A DNA stretch of 64,000 bases from Candidatus Moraniibacteriota bacterium (GCA_052035095.1 JBPOHW010000001.1:108857-172856); one strand, 5' to 3'. Numbered from the stretch's first letter, positions 48,250 through 57,913 are shown. Program-made: numbers and translations. Notes: generated by a model from the sequence alone, not told the origin.

Positions 48250-48777
48250 TCAGTAGCGTTTGCTCCACGGGGGGGCGCGTCGGGCCTTGTTGAGTCCGGG
48301 TTTCTTGCGCTCCACTTTGCGAGCGTCACGCCTCAGGAATTTCCCCGCTTTGAGAAGCGGTCGGTGTTCAATATTGGCGACAACGAGCGCGCGCGCGAGT
48401 CCCAAACCGGCAGCCGAAGCCTGTCCCATAGGACCGCCGCCCCGAACATGGACGGAAATACGATATTTTTTCTCGAGTCCGACCACGCGGATCGGTTCAA
48501 GAAAGAGATTTTGGAGTCGAAGCGTTGGGAAATATTCTTTTCCCTTCTTGTTATTGACAATCACCTCGCGTTCGCTTTCACCCTCGTCTTCAAAAAGGCG
48601 CACGGTCGCAACCGCCGTCTTCCGACGCCCGACACCCGAAAAATATTTCTCCGAAATCGCTGCGACCGAAACAGCCGACTCTTTCACCTTCTTCTCGCGA
48701 TCCTTGGTGTCTTTGGTGTCTTTTGACTCCTTAACAAGGAGAGTGGTATCTTTGGAGATTTCTTTCTTGGGTGCCAT
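48250..48777 (-). CDS. rpsI: 30S ribosomal protein S9, with an N-terminal lysine-rich extension of about 40 aa
   Basis: C-terminal GGGPMGQASA...RRAPPWSKRY. The N-terminus KKEISKDTTLLVKESKDTKDTKDREKK is an extra extension. Confidence 0.9.
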   Translation of the reverse strand: MAPKKEISKDTTLLVKESKDTKDTKDREKKVKESAVSVAAISEKYFSGVGRRKTAVATVRLFEDEGESEREVIVNNKKGKEYFPTLRLQNLFLEPIRVVGLEKKYRISVHVRGGGPMGQASAAGLGLARALVVANIEHRPLLKAGKFLRRDARKVERKKPGLNKARRAPPWSKRY

Positions 48778-48791
48778 AGCGTAGGAGAAAA

Positions 48792-49190
48792 TTATGAGAG
48801 TGTTTCATCGATCGTATGCGGATGCGTCGCGCTCGTAAAAAGGCGAAGTCGCTTCATCATGCAATCACGGAGTTTGTTCTTGGGAAGCATACCATACACC
48901 GCCATTTCAATGACTTTTCGAGAATCCTTCTTCATCTGATCTTTGAGACTGATCGAGGTGATGCCGCCCGGGTATCCACTGAAATGGTGATACATCTTTT
49001 GGTCCGGTTTCTTTCCGGTCGCGACAATACCATCGGTATTTATCACGACAACAAAATCCCCGCCATCGATATGCGGCGCAAAATCCACCTTGCGCTTTCC
49101 GGAAAGAACTTCGGCGACTCGCGTCGCGAGGCGTCCCAAAATCTTTCCCTGCGCGTCAATCAAAAAGTGTTTTCGGTTATGTGATTCCAT
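48792..49190 (-). CDS. rplM: 50S ribosomal protein L13
   Basis: Start MESHNRKHFLIDAQGKILGRLAT. 132 aa. Confidence 0.9.
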   Translation of the reverse strand: MESHNRKHFLIDAQGKILGRLATRVAEVLSGKRKVDFAPHIDGGDFVVVINTDGIVATGKKPDQKMYHHFSGYPGGITSISLKDQMKKDSRKVIEMAVYGMLPKNKLRDCMMKRLRLFTSATHPHTIDETLS

Positions 49191-49210
49191 ACCATTCTTG
49201 CAAAGAAAAA

Positions 49211-49582
49211 TCAGTCAACAAATTCCAAAACAGCCACTCGGGCGCCATCACTCTTGCGGGGAGGAAGTTTTACCACTCGCGTGAATCCGCTCGTCCTCGA
49301 AGAAAACTTCTTGAGAAAATCCGTGTCCGAAAGATATCCGAGCGTCACCTCCGAAACCCGCTTTTTGAGCAATCGAAGCGACGCTACCTTTCGGTCGGGA
49401 GCCTCAACACCTCTCTTTGCGAGCGTGAGGATGCGATCGATGCGCGACTTGATTTCTTTCGCTCGCGCTTCGGTTGTCCGAATGCGCCCGTGCGTCACCA
49501 AGCTCTCGACAAGGCTCTTCACGAGCGCCCGCCGCTGATTTCGATTCCGTTCAAGTTTTCGTCCCGATGATCGATGATCCAT
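49211..49582 (-). CDS. rplQ: 50S ribosomal protein L17
   Basis: Segment RKLERNRNQRRALVKSLVESLVTHGRIRTTEARAKE. Confidence 0.9.
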   Translation of the reverse strand: MDHRSSGRKLERNRNQRRALVKSLVESLVTHGRIRTTEARAKEIKSRIDRILTLAKRGVEAPDRKVASLRLLKKRVSEVTLGYLSDTDFLKKFSSRTSGFTRVVKLPPRKSDGARVAVLEFVD

Positions 49583-49606
49583 ATTCCGTTCCTTTCATTC
49601 GAAAAA

Positions 49607-50518
49607 TTATTCACTCTCACGAAAAGAAAGTCCCGCTTCGAGGAGTGCTTTCTTCACTTCCTCAAAACCCTTCTCTCCCATACCGGCAAATCCATGCACT
49701 TCTCCTTCGGAAAGAGCTGCGATATCCGAGAGCGCTCGTATTTCATACGCGTCGAGTACCTTTCTCGTTCGAGCGGAAAACATCTGAAGCACCCCAGTCT
49801 CGTCTTCTTCGGATTTTTTCTCTGTCTGAAGAACTGATTCACCAAGGAGCGCTGAGAACTGACCAATCAACAACGAAACAGCTCGTCGAAACGCTTCTTC
49901 CGGCGTAATACTTCCATCCGTCAGCACTTCGAGTGTGACTCGATCAAAGTCGGTTCGCTTTCCCACACGCATATTTTCCACGGTGTAGTTGACGCGCTCG
50001 ATGGGCGTGTAGATGGCGTCAATCACGATTACGCCGATTTCTTTTTCTTTTCGTTCTTGGTGCTCGACCGGCACATAACCGAGACCGCGCTCCACGGTAC
50101 ATTCCATTTCAAGCTCCGCCTTCTTGTCGGTCAGCGTCGCGATCATTTGATCGGTATTCACAACCTCCAAAGAAGAGGGGGTATGTATTTTTTCCGCTCG
50201 CACTTCTCCTTCGCCCTTTGCTTTGAGCGTTATCTTCACCGACTCATCGCCATGCATTCGGAAGCGAACCTTTTTGAGATTGAGAATAATTTTGACCACA
50301 TCCTCAAGCACGCCCGGCAGCGTTGAAAACTCGTGCGAAACATTCTTGATTTTGACCGACGTAATCGCCGCGCCATCGAGAGACGAAAGCAGCGTCCGGC
50401 GAATCGCGTTACCCAATGTCGCCCCGTAGCCGGGATGACACCCGTCGATCTCGAACTTTCCCGAATTCGGTCCGAGCTCGGTGTACTTGGGTTCCTGCGG
50501 AAGAGATATGGTATGCAT
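49607..50518 (-). CDS. rpoA: DNA-directed RNA polymerase alpha subunit
   Basis: N-terminal domain plus the alpha-CTD helix-hairpin-helix (IRALSDIAALSEGEV). 303 aa. Confidence 0.9.
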   Translation of the reverse strand: MHTISLPQEPKYTELGPNSGKFEIDGCHPGYGATLGNAIRRTLLSSLDGAAITSVKIKNVSHEFSTLPGVLEDVVKIILNLKKVRFRMHGDESVKITLKAKGEGEVRAEKIHTPSSLEVVNTDQMIATLTDKKAELEMECTVERGLGYVPVEHQERKEKEIGVIVIDAIYTPIERVNYTVENMRVGKRTDFDRVTLEVLTDGSITPEEAFRRAVSLLIGQFSALLGESVLQTEKKSEEDETGVLQMFSARTRKVLDAYEIRALSDIAALSEGEVHGFAGMGEKGFEEVKKALLEAGLSFRESE

Positions 50519-50547
50519 ACGTTTGAAACGTAAAAAATAAGGAGAGC

Positions 50548-51177
50548 TTATTTGGAATAATATTCGACAACCGCCTGCGGATCCACGTGAATACCGATAT
50601 CGGTCCGGGTCGGCTTTCCGACCACCTTCCCCGAAAATGAAGCGCTGTCAAGCTCAAGCCATGTCGGCACATCCTTCTTGTTCACGATTTCAGTCTTCTT
50701 GTTTTTGAAATACTCCTTGCCGGCTTTGGTGGTCGAAAGCGAAACGACATCGCCCACCTTTACCTCCGCCGAAGGAATGGAGAGCAAACGCCCGTTCACT
50801 CGAAAGGCTCGGTGTGACACCAATTGACGCGCGAGCGCTCGAGACGAAGCGAACCCCAGTCGATACACGACGCTGTCAAGCCGCATCTCAAGACGAGCAA
50901 GCAACAAATCTCCAGCAACTCCCTGTCGGCGACTCACATCCTCATAGTGCTTTCGGAATTGTTTTTCCAAAATGCCATAAATACGCTTGATGCGCTGTTT
51001 CATAGCGAGCTGTTTCCCATACTCGCTCTGTCCCTTGGAGACGGTTTTTCCGTGCATACCAGGCGCATACGCCTTTCGAATCATCGCGCATTTCGGCGTA
51101 AAGCACCGCTCGCCCTTCAAAAAGAGTTTCTCTCCCGCCCGTCGACACAGTTTGCATTTATCAAAATTTCTCGCCAT
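50548..51177 (-). CDS. rpsD: 30S ribosomal protein S4
   Basis: Start MARNFDKCKLCRRAGEKLFLKGERC, which includes the zinc-ribbon cysteines. The start is taken at MARNF. Confidence 0.9.
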   Translation of the reverse strand: MARNFDKCKLCRRAGEKLFLKGERCFTPKCAMIRKAYAPGMHGKTVSKGQSEYGKQLAMKQRIKRIYGILEKQFRKHYEDVSRRQGVAGDLLLARLEMRLDSVVYRLGFASSRALARQLVSHRAFRVNGRLLSIPSAEVKVGDVVSLSTTKAGKEYFKNKKTEIVNKKDVPTWLELDSASFSGKVVGKPTRTDIGIHVDPQAVVEYYSK

Positions 51178-51208
51178 ACATCCGTTCAAACATCAAAAAA
51201 TAAAAACC

Positions 51209-51709
51209 TTACACACGGCGGGCTTTTCGTGATCGGCATCCGCCATGAGCGACCGGGGTAATATCACGTATCGACAGGAGCGACAGTCCGTTATTTGCAA
51301 GCGCTCGTATCGCCGCCTCGCGTCCGCTTCCGACTCCCTTCACAAAAACCTCCACTTCTTGAAGCCCGTATTTCCGAGATTTTTCCACTACCTCGCTCAC
51401 CACCTGCGTCGCCGCGTACGGCGTCGATTTCTTAGCCCCCTTGAAACCCATATGTCCCGAACTCGACCACGCGAGTGTCGATCCGTTCATATCGGCGAGC
51501 GTCACAATCGTATTATTGTAACTGCATTGAATATTCGCTCGTCCGCGCACGACCTGATTCTTCCACTTCTTTTTTTTCTTGACCGATGTCACCGCTTCTT
51601 TTTCCGCGACACCATCGGACGGCTCCGTTTCGGAAACATCCTTTTTCGCCGTCTCTTCAACTTCGACAGCCTCGATCTTTTTCTTCGGTTTCACCGTTTT
51701 TTCCGCCAT
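51209..51709 (-). CDS. rpsK: 30S ribosomal protein S11, with an N-terminal acidic/lysine-rich extension
   Basis: Conserved core VVRGRANIQCSYNNTIVTLADMNG...GREAAIRAL, preceded by an extension of about 50 aa. The start is taken at MAEKTVKPKKK. Confidence 0.85.
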   Translation of the reverse strand: MAEKTVKPKKKIEAVEVEETAKKDVSETEPSDGVAEKEAVTSVKKKKKWKNQVVRGRANIQCSYNNTIVTLADMNGSTLAWSSSGHMGFKGAKKSTPYAATQVVSEVVEKSRKYGLQEVEVFVKGVGSGREAAIRALANNGLSLLSIRDITPVAHGGCRSRKARRV

Positions 51710-51760
51710 AGTTTCAAATAGTAGAGCTGATTCATACTTCAACACTCGCAAGCACTTGTT

Positions 51761-52150
51761 CTAGGTCTTCTCCGCCGCCTTGCGTCGCCCGCTTCCCATG
51801 GTTTTTCGAACATTGCCGCGAATGGTACGCGTATTGGTCTTGGTCCGCTGTCCGCGAACGGGAAGGTTTTTCTGGTGACGCGTCCCGCGATAGCATCCGA
51901 TTTCTTTGAGCCGCTTCACGTTCATTTTGACCGCGTGCCGAAGCTCGCCCTCGACCCGATATTTCTTCTCAATGGCATCCCGCAAACGATTAGCTTCTTC
52001 GATCGGAAGATTTTTCGATCGAATGTCGGGACTGATCGAGAGCTCGCCAAGAATCTTCCGGCTCGTCGTAATGCCGATGCCGTAAATATAGGTGAGCGCG
52101 ACTTCAATGCGCTTCTCGTCAGGAATGTTGATACCGGCAATACGAACCAT
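51761..52150 (-). CDS. rpsM: 30S ribosomal protein S13
   Basis: Start MVRIAGINIPDEKRIEVALTYIYGIG. Confidence 0.9.
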   Translation of the reverse strand: MVRIAGINIPDEKRIEVALTYIYGIGITTSRKILGELSISPDIRSKNLPIEEANRLRDAIEKKYRVEGELRHAVKMNVKRLKEIGCYRGTRHQKNLPVRGQRTKTNTRTIRGNVRKTMGSGRRKAAEKT

Positions 52151-52199
52151 AAAATTCTCTTTAACAATAACCGCTCATTACTTTCTATTTCGCCCGAGG

Positions 52200-52314
52200 A
52201 CATTCATCTTTGAGTACAGTTCGAGACGCAGGTGAGGAGCGGGGCAAGCTTTATGTAAACATACAGTGTCAAGCACCGGAACCGGCAACGAAGAAATGTG
52301 CCAAAGATGAATGT
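52200..52314. repeat. Intercistronic hairpin-closed element, family A/C copy C2 (closing stem acattcatctttg / caaagatgaatgt), filling the rpmJ-rpsM spacer
   Basis: Core gagtacagttcgaga...gaggagcggggcaagctttatgtaaacatacag...acgaagaaatgtgcc aligns with 60133..60254, and through the 5' and 3' boxes with the A copies. It abuts the rpmJ stop codon. Confidence 0.7.
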
Positions 52315-52315
52315 T

Positions 52316-52429
52316 CTACCCTTGTCGTTGCTTGTGTTTCTTGACGGAGCACACCACAAAGAGCGTCCCTCTCCGTTTTACCACCTTGCAGTGAGCGCAC
52401 ATTTTTTTGACCGATGCTCGAACTTTCAT
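52316..52429 (-). CDS. rpmJ: 50S ribosomal protein L36
   Basis: My own translation of the minus strand gives [37 protein letters not shown], the C-x2-C...C-x4-H zinc ribbon. It is too short to appear in the ORF track. Confidence 0.8.
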   Translation of the reverse strand: MKVRASVKKMCAHCKVVKRRGTLFVVCSVKKHKQRQG

Positions 52430-52486
52430 ACGCGTTGCCGATGATAAAAATTCTCTCTTTCTTCCCTCTCTTTACTTTTTCCAAAA

Positions 52487-52714
52487 TTATTTGAGCCGTT
52501 GGACGATTCTTCCTCGATTCAAATCGTAGGGACTCATTTCGAGAATCACGCGATCTCCGGGCAAAAGGCGAATATAGTTGACTCGCATTCTCCCCGAGAT
52601 ATGCGCGAGCACTTCGTGTCCGTTCTCAAGCCGAACCCGAAACGACGTGCTCGGAAGCGACTCGATAACCTCACCTTCAACGCGGATGATTTCTTTGTTT
52701 GTATTCGAACCCAT
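52487..52714 (-). CDS. infA: Translation initiation factor IF-1
   Basis: Start [44 protein letters not shown]. The long upstream in-frame extension is rejected. Confidence 0.9.
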   Translation of the reverse strand: MGSNTNKEIIRVEGEVIESLPSTSFRVRLENGHEVLAHISGRMRVNYIRLLPGDRVILEMSPYDLNRGRIVQRLK

Positions 52715-52927
52715 ACGACGCCCGCAGGCGGAAACAACAAAAGATAAAACGTTCGCAAACCATTCGCTCATCCAAAACAGACGCAAAGAATCGGCGGGTA
52801 CTTTTCCGCCGACGACGAAAACGAAAAACGAGGGGGAGCGGCAATCGGGAAAGTCAGTCCTCGTTCCAGCGTCTTCTTCCGCGTCGATCCGAACTTCTCC
52901 ATTTCGAGTTTTTTGAGAGCACTGAGC

Positions 52928-52956
52928 ATTGTAGCCAAGGATTCTTTTTTTGTCAA
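52928..52956 (-). promoter_or_regulatory. Near-consensus sigma70 promoter TTGACA-N17-TACAAT for the infA-rpmJ-rpsM-rpsK-rpsD-rpoA-rplQ(-rplM-rpsI) operon
   Basis: On the minus strand: ttgacaaaaaaagaatccttggctacaat. This implies a leader of about 200 nt before infA. Confidence 0.55.
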
Positions 52957-53334
52957 CAGTCCCCCAAAATCCCCAAGAAAACCCGTATTTTCGGATAAAA
53001 AACACCCCGCCAGTTTCCCGACAGGGGTTTCGATTCAATCGAATCGTTCATGCTTTTCAGACTTCCATTTCATTTCATCTCGTCATCACGGCATCCTGGC
53101 ACCTTGGCGCGCGTAGGTGTCCCTTTCTATAGCCTTGCCACCTGAAAAAAGAACGTATAGCAACGGTAAAACAAAATTTGTGAGAGAAATATAATCACTC
53201 TCTCGCTCGTGAAAAACAAGTATCTCGACGTCCTTCACTTGTACCTTTCGATTTTTCATAGTTCTTTCTTTACAAATCAAGCATCTCCTTCCCATCTTTC
53301 CTAACCTTCATCCTATTTCCTCTCCATCTCAACT

Positions 53335-54459
53335 TCAAATTGGAAACTTCTTGCGACTATCCAAACGCTCCGCGAGTACTCTGTTCAAATACACGCGGAT
53401 TTTCTGCGTGAAAATCGAGCGATCAAAGGCGAGCGCTTTTTTGCGAATATGCTCCGGATCGTAGTCGCTTTCGCGAAACTTCCGAACCGCCGCAACGATA
53501 TCCTCTGATGTCTGTCGATCGAAGAATACCCCCATCTTGCCTTCTTCGAGATGCTCGGGGATATCGCCCCCACGAAAAGCGATAAGCGGCCGCCCCGAGG
53601 CAAACGCTTCAAACGCTACGATACCGAAGTCTTCTTCCTGCGGAAAGACGAACGCTCGACACTCGCCGTAATAACGAGGGAGCTCCTTGTCCGGAACCCG
53701 ACCCAGAAATTCAATTGTCGGCCCCGCGAGTCGCCGTAACCGATCAAGCTCGGGTCCCCGGCCGATGATTTTGAGCGGGAGCTTGAGTTCATTGAACGCG
53801 CGAATAGCGATATCGTGCCGCTTATAGGCAATGAGTCTTCCCACCATAAGAAAATACTCTTTGCGCTCCCTGTCGGGGGTAACGTGAAACAAACCCGCGT
53901 CGACGGGCGGATGAATTACTTCCGATTCTCGCCGGTAATACTTCGCGATTCGATCCGCCACAAACCGCGAGTTGGCGATAATATGATCCGGGCGACTCGC
54001 GCTCACCTGATCCCAGAGCCGGATGGGACTCATAAAAAATGGCACAAATCGCTTCACGATGCGAGAGAGCCCGAAGTCTTCGACATACTTGTGGCAATCA
54101 TCCCACGCGTACCGCATCGGCGTATGCATATAGGAGATATGGAGCGTCTCGGGACCCGTAATGACACCCTTGGCATAGCTTGACGAATCGGAAAGAACCA
54201 TATCGAATCCGCGGAAATTAAACTGCTCGATCGCAAGTGGCATAAGCGGAGGGAACAGCCGATGGTTCCGCCTCGCCCAAGGAAGCTTCTGAAGAAACGA
54301 TGTCCGAATATCCCTCCCTTCGAATCGACCATGCATCGCCTCTCGGTCATAGAGAAGCGTAAAAATCGGCGCCTCCGGAAAAAGTTCCGTAAACGCCTCC
54401 AATACCCGTTCAGCCCCTCCGTACTGAACCAAATAATCATGCACCAAGGCCACCTTCAT
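53335..54459 (-). CDS. Glycosyltransferase family 4
   Basis: Start MKVALVHDYLVQYGGAERV. C-terminal Glyco_trans_1 region (EDFGIVAFEAFASGRPLIAF). Confidence 0.8.
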   Translation of the reverse strand: MKVALVHDYLVQYGGAERVLEAFTELFPEAPIFTLLYDREAMHGRFEGRDIRTSFLQKLPWARRNHRLFPPLMPLAIEQFNFRGFDMVLSDSSSYAKGVITGPETLHISYMHTPMRYAWDDCHKYVEDFGLSRIVKRFVPFFMSPIRLWDQVSASRPDHIIANSRFVADRIAKYYRRESEVIHPPVDAGLFHVTPDRERKEYFLMVGRLIAYKRHDIAIRAFNELKLPLKIIGRGPELDRLRRLAGPTIEFLGRVPDKELPRYYGECRAFVFPQEEDFGIVAFEAFASGRPLIAFRGGDIPEHLEEGKMGVFFDRQTSEDIVAAVRKFRESDYDPEHIRKKALAFDRSIFTQKIRVYLNRVLAERLDSRKKFPI

Positions 54460-54481
54460 ACAGTTCTCGCGAAAATCCCGA

Positions 54482-54844
54482 TCATGCATTGTTTTCTTTC
54501 TGGAATGCCCGATTAAACGCCCAGTTCAAGAAAGAGAAGAGGAGCGAACCCAAAAACGCCGCGCCGAAAGACGAAATGACAAACCCCGACACCCACTGCG
54601 CGAGCAACCAGAACAAAAAACCGTTCACCACGAAAGTAAACAATCCAAGCGTCAAGAGAGTAATAGGAAGCGTCAGAAGGAGAAGTATCGGTCGGAGCGT
54701 AATACTGATACACCCCCACAAGAAAGCGAGCCACAGCGCCGTCGAAAAGTCCCGCACCTCTATGCCTGGCACCACATTGGCAATAATGAAAAACGAGACC
54801 GCGTTCACCATCCAAAGAGCAAGAAGACGCATAAGAGTGTCCAT
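54482..54844 (-). CDS. DUF360 / phage-holin-4-like small membrane protein
   Basis: 120 aa with four TM helices. The pattern resembles the YvlD/holin superfamily IV. Confidence 0.45.
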   Translation of the reverse strand: MDTLMRLLALWMVNAVSFFIIANVVPGIEVRDFSTALWLAFLWGCISITLRPILLLLTLPITLLTLGLFTFVVNGFLFWLLAQWVSGFVISSFGAAFLGSLLFSFLNWAFNRAFQKENNA

Positions 54845-54900
54845 ATCAATAACGCCTCCCTCAGTATAGAGGAAACAGCCGCCCTTTCAAAGGGGGAAAT

Positions 54901-54931
54901 AAAAAAAACCGCCTCTTTGGCGCGAGACGGC
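54901..54931 (-). terminator. Rho-independent terminator downstream of rplU
   Basis: On the minus strand, gccgtctcgcgccaaagaggcgg is followed by T8. Confidence 0.55.
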
Positions 54932-54957
54932 TCCCGAAAGTCAAAAAATCAAAAAGA

Positions 54958-55269
54958 CTATGCCGCTATCTTCGTCACCTCGACCTCCGTAAATGGCTGG
55001 CGATGACCGAATTTAACCTTGTAGCGCTTCTTGGGCTTGTGCTTGATGCCCCGCACCTTGTCCGCCTTTCCCTGCTCGAGAATCGTCGCGGAAACGACCG
55101 CCTTTGGCACAAAGGGTATACCTACCTTAACCGATGTTTCATCGCCAACGAGGAGTACTTCCGAAAAAGCGACGCTTTCACCCGCGGTTCCCTCCAGTTT
55201 TTCGACGCGAAGTTTCTTCCCCACCTCGACACCGTACTGTTTCCCACCCGTTTTGATAATGGCAATCAT
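54958..55269 (-). CDS. rplU: 50S ribosomal protein L21
   Basis: Start MIAIIKTGGKQYGVEVGKKLRVEKL. 103 aa. Confidence 0.9.
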   Translation of the reverse strand: MIAIIKTGGKQYGVEVGKKLRVEKLEGTAGESVAFSEVLLVGDETSVKVGIPFVPKAVVSATILEQGKADKVRGIKHKPKKRYKVKFGHRQPFTEVEVTKIAA

Positions 55270-55329
55270 AGAATTTCTCTAAAACAAAGCACGATTCACT
55301 CTACTCAAAAATGCGACATCTGTCAAATC

Positions 55330-57249
55330 TCAGTCCTCCAAAACCGCCTTTATTCTCCGAACGCCCGCCGACGAAGCCTCTTCCTTTACAATCCGAAAAC
55401 GCCCCATATTGTTCGTCATGGACACATGCGGTCCGCCGCACAGCTCTTCTGAATACACCGTGCCATCCATTCCCTTCACTCGATAGACCGTCACTTTTTC
55501 CGGGTACTTCTCCCAAAAACTTCCCTCGACGCCTCGTTTCCTCGCCGTTTCCTTCTCAAGAATTTCCGTTTCAACCGAACAACCCGCCGCAATCGCCTCA
55601 TTCACATACGCCTCTACCTTATCAAGAATCTCCCGGGGTACCTTCTCGGGAAAGGTAAAATCAAACCGCGCCCGCTCCTCAGTGATATTCGATCCCGCCT
55701 GATGGACACCCTCGCCCAAGAACTTCCGGAGTCCCGCGAGCATCAAGTGTGTCGCCGTATGAAGTTTGGTTGTTTTTTCGGAATGATCGGCAAGTCCGCC
55801 CTTGAATTTCCCGGCGCTCGCCGTGCGAGACAACGCACGATGCTTTTCCATCTCCTTTTCAAAGTCATCAATATCAACTTGCATCCCCCTTTCATGAGCA
55901 ATTTCAATTGTAAGTTCGATGGGAAATCCGTACGTCGCAAAAAGATCAAAAGCAACGGCGCCGGGAATTCGCTTTTCACGACGCTCGCCTTCCCCTGACT
56001 CCAACCAACGCACGGAAATTTCATAGAATTTCTCAAATTGCAAAAGTCCCCGCGTCAACGTTTTCCTAAACTTTTCCTCCTCCTCCGAAAGAGACGTGAT
56101 TATACTCTCACCTTTTTCAAAGAGAGTGGGATAAGCCGATCCGTATACTTCGCAAAAACAACGAGAAACTCTTGAAACGAAGTCCCTTTCAATACCGAGG
56201 GTATTTCCAAATCGCACCGCGCGCCGGATGAGTCGCCGCACAAAATACCCCTGATCTTTATTTGACGGAAAGACACCGTCCCCGATCAAAAAAGTTGCCG
56301 CGCGGAGATGATCGAGGATAACGCGAAACGAGTAGGTCTCTTTTTCTCCCTCACCATAGCGCTTTCCGGAAAGTTTCTCGAGAGTTTCGCGCGCGCCGTC
56401 AAAAATATCAACAAGAAACACATCGGGATTATCATTCACCGCCGCCGCCATCCGTTCGAGCCCCCCGCCAAAATCAACATTCGGCTTCGGAAGCTTCGCG
56501 AATCCATCCGGTGTCTTCACATACTCCATAAAGACATTGTTGCCGATTTCGACAAAACGTCCGCAATCGCAGTTCACGTGGCACGGCATATCTTTCCACA
56601 AGGAGCGTTCGTGAAGCCCGAGGTGCAAGCCGAAATCCCAAAACATTTCCGTATCGGGTCCGCCCGGCTCGCCGACCGGCATATGTTCGGGCACGCCAAC
56701 GCGCGACCACCAGTTTTTTTTGTCGCCGTAATAAAAAATTCGTTCACCGGGGAGCATTTCTTTCGCTTCCGAATATTCGGCAATGCGGACTTCTTTTTCC
56801 CCGGAACGTTCAAACAACTCCTTCCATCTCCTTGCCGCTTCCTCATCGCGCGGAATGCCGAGCGCTTCATTGCCGCCATAACACGTAAAGTAGAGCCGCG
56901 ACGAATCAAGCCCGAGTTCTTCGGTCAAAAATTCCCACATCCACTCGATTTGCTCTTTTTTGAAATAATCTCCAAACGACCAATTGCCGAGCATTTCAAA
57001 AAACGTGGTATGGCGATTGTCGCCCACCTCCTCGATATCCTGCGATCGGAAGCACTTCTGCGAATCGGTAATCCGCGTCCCCAAAGGATGCGCCTCGCCG
57101 AGAAAATACGGGAGCATCGGCTGCATCCCGCTCCCGGTAAAGAGCGTCGTCGGATCATTTTCCGGCACAAGCGACGAAGAAGGCACGATCGAGTGCCTCT
57201 TCCCCTCAAAAAATCGAAGATATTTTTCCCGTATTTCTTTGGCAGTCAT
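55330..57249 (-). CDS. alaS: Alanyl-tRNA synthetase, short form lacking the C-terminal (C-Ala/DHHA1) region
   Basis: Class II catalytic core (FTGSGMQPMLPYFLG; HTTFFEMLGNWSFGDYFK) and editing-domain HxxxH (HTATHLM). It is 639 aa against about 870 aa for the usual form. Confidence 0.85.
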   Translation of the reverse strand: MTAKEIREKYLRFFEGKRHSIVPSSSLVPENDPTTLFTGSGMQPMLPYFLGEAHPLGTRITDSQKCFRSQDIEEVGDNRHTTFFEMLGNWSFGDYFKKEQIEWMWEFLTEELGLDSSRLYFTCYGGNEALGIPRDEEAARRWKELFERSGEKEVRIAEYSEAKEMLPGERIFYYGDKKNWWSRVGVPEHMPVGEPGGPDTEMFWDFGLHLGLHERSLWKDMPCHVNCDCGRFVEIGNNVFMEYVKTPDGFAKLPKPNVDFGGGLERMAAAVNDNPDVFLVDIFDGARETLEKLSGKRYGEGEKETYSFRVILDHLRAATFLIGDGVFPSNKDQGYFVRRLIRRAVRFGNTLGIERDFVSRVSRCFCEVYGSAYPTLFEKGESIITSLSEEEEKFRKTLTRGLLQFEKFYEISVRWLESGEGERREKRIPGAVAFDLFATYGFPIELTIEIAHERGMQVDIDDFEKEMEKHRALSRTASAGKFKGGLADHSEKTTKLHTATHLMLAGLRKFLGEGVHQAGSNITEERARFDFTFPEKVPREILDKVEAYVNEAIAAGCSVETEILEKETARKRGVEGSFWEKYPEKVTVYRVKGMDGTVYSEELCGGPHVSMTNNMGRFRIVKEEASSAGVRRIKAVLED

Positions 57250-57278
57250 AGAAACCCGTTGCGTTATATCGAATGCAA

Positions 57279-57536
57279 TCAGTAATATTTTATAATCTTC
57301 TCAAGTTCTCTTTTTTCCGAAGGTTCAAGATATATTCCAAGAGTCTCAAAACAAGCAAAAAGCTTCCCGGCAACCTCTTCCTTCTGAATTTTTCCCGACG
57401 TAAAGTCCCTCCGAATATCGTTTACCTTGTTTTCATGAAAGCTGGTCCAATCGATTTTCTTTCCTTGGGAATTTCTCCATTCGACAAACTTTCGCACCGC
57501 CTGATTGACATCGAGGTAGCTCATAGAGGTTTCCAA
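57279..57536 (-). CDS. Hypothetical small protein
   Basis: 85-aa ORF in operon orientation downstream of alaS. No recognisable domain. Confidence 0.3.
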   Translation of the reverse strand: METSMSYLDVNQAVRKFVEWRNSQGKKIDWTSFHENKVNDIRRDFTSGKIQKEEVAGKLFACFETLGIYLEPSEKRELEKIIKYY

Positions 57537-57541
57537 AAAAG

Positions 57542-57913
57542 TTACAACGTCACCAACCGTTTCTTCGCCAGGCGAATGTCTTCCTCGACCGTTCGAGATT
57601 CCACTTCGTCCTTTTTGACCTCCTTCTCTATATTCTCAATCTCGATATCAAGGCGCCGGCGCTGATCCTTGAGTTTCCGAAGCGCGAGATCTCGATCGGT
57701 TTTGCGCCGAGTGAGCTTGAGGCGATCGCTGTAGAGTATTGAAAGATCCGACTCGACGCGACGAATCGCCGCTCTTCGCTCGACGTCAGAAAGCGTCTTT
57801 CCATGAGGGCCAGGTTGCGTCGTCTGTCTTGGTCCGAAAAATCCCATACATTTGCAGTGACAAAAAACCACTCCCTCCATAATACCGAGGGAAAGCAAAA
57901 AATCAAGCCGCAA
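57542..57913 (-). CDS. Hypothetical coiled-coil protein
   Basis: ORF with a charged heptad-like C-terminal half. The start is uncertain. Confidence 0.3.
   Translation of the reverse strand: MRLDFLLSLGIMEGVVFCHCKCMGFFGPRQTTQPGPHGKTLSDVERRAAIRRVESDLSILYSDRLKLTRRKTDRDLALRKLKDQRRRLDIEIENIEKEVKKDEVESRTVEEDIRLAKKRLVTL

Noticed and set aside
52996-53054. Possible terminator hairpins upstream of the infA promoter (cccc...gggg with a T-run; cgattc-aatc-gaatcg)
   Set aside because: The stems are only 4-6 bp with large loops or have no U-tract. They are too weak to call with confidence.
53086-53295. ORF of 69 aa between the GT4 gene and the r-protein operon promoter
   Set aside because: It has no homology signal or RBS. 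It lies in a 300-bp region that may instead hold regulatory or terminator sequence. It is left uncalled and could be rechecked with proteomics or Ribo-seq.
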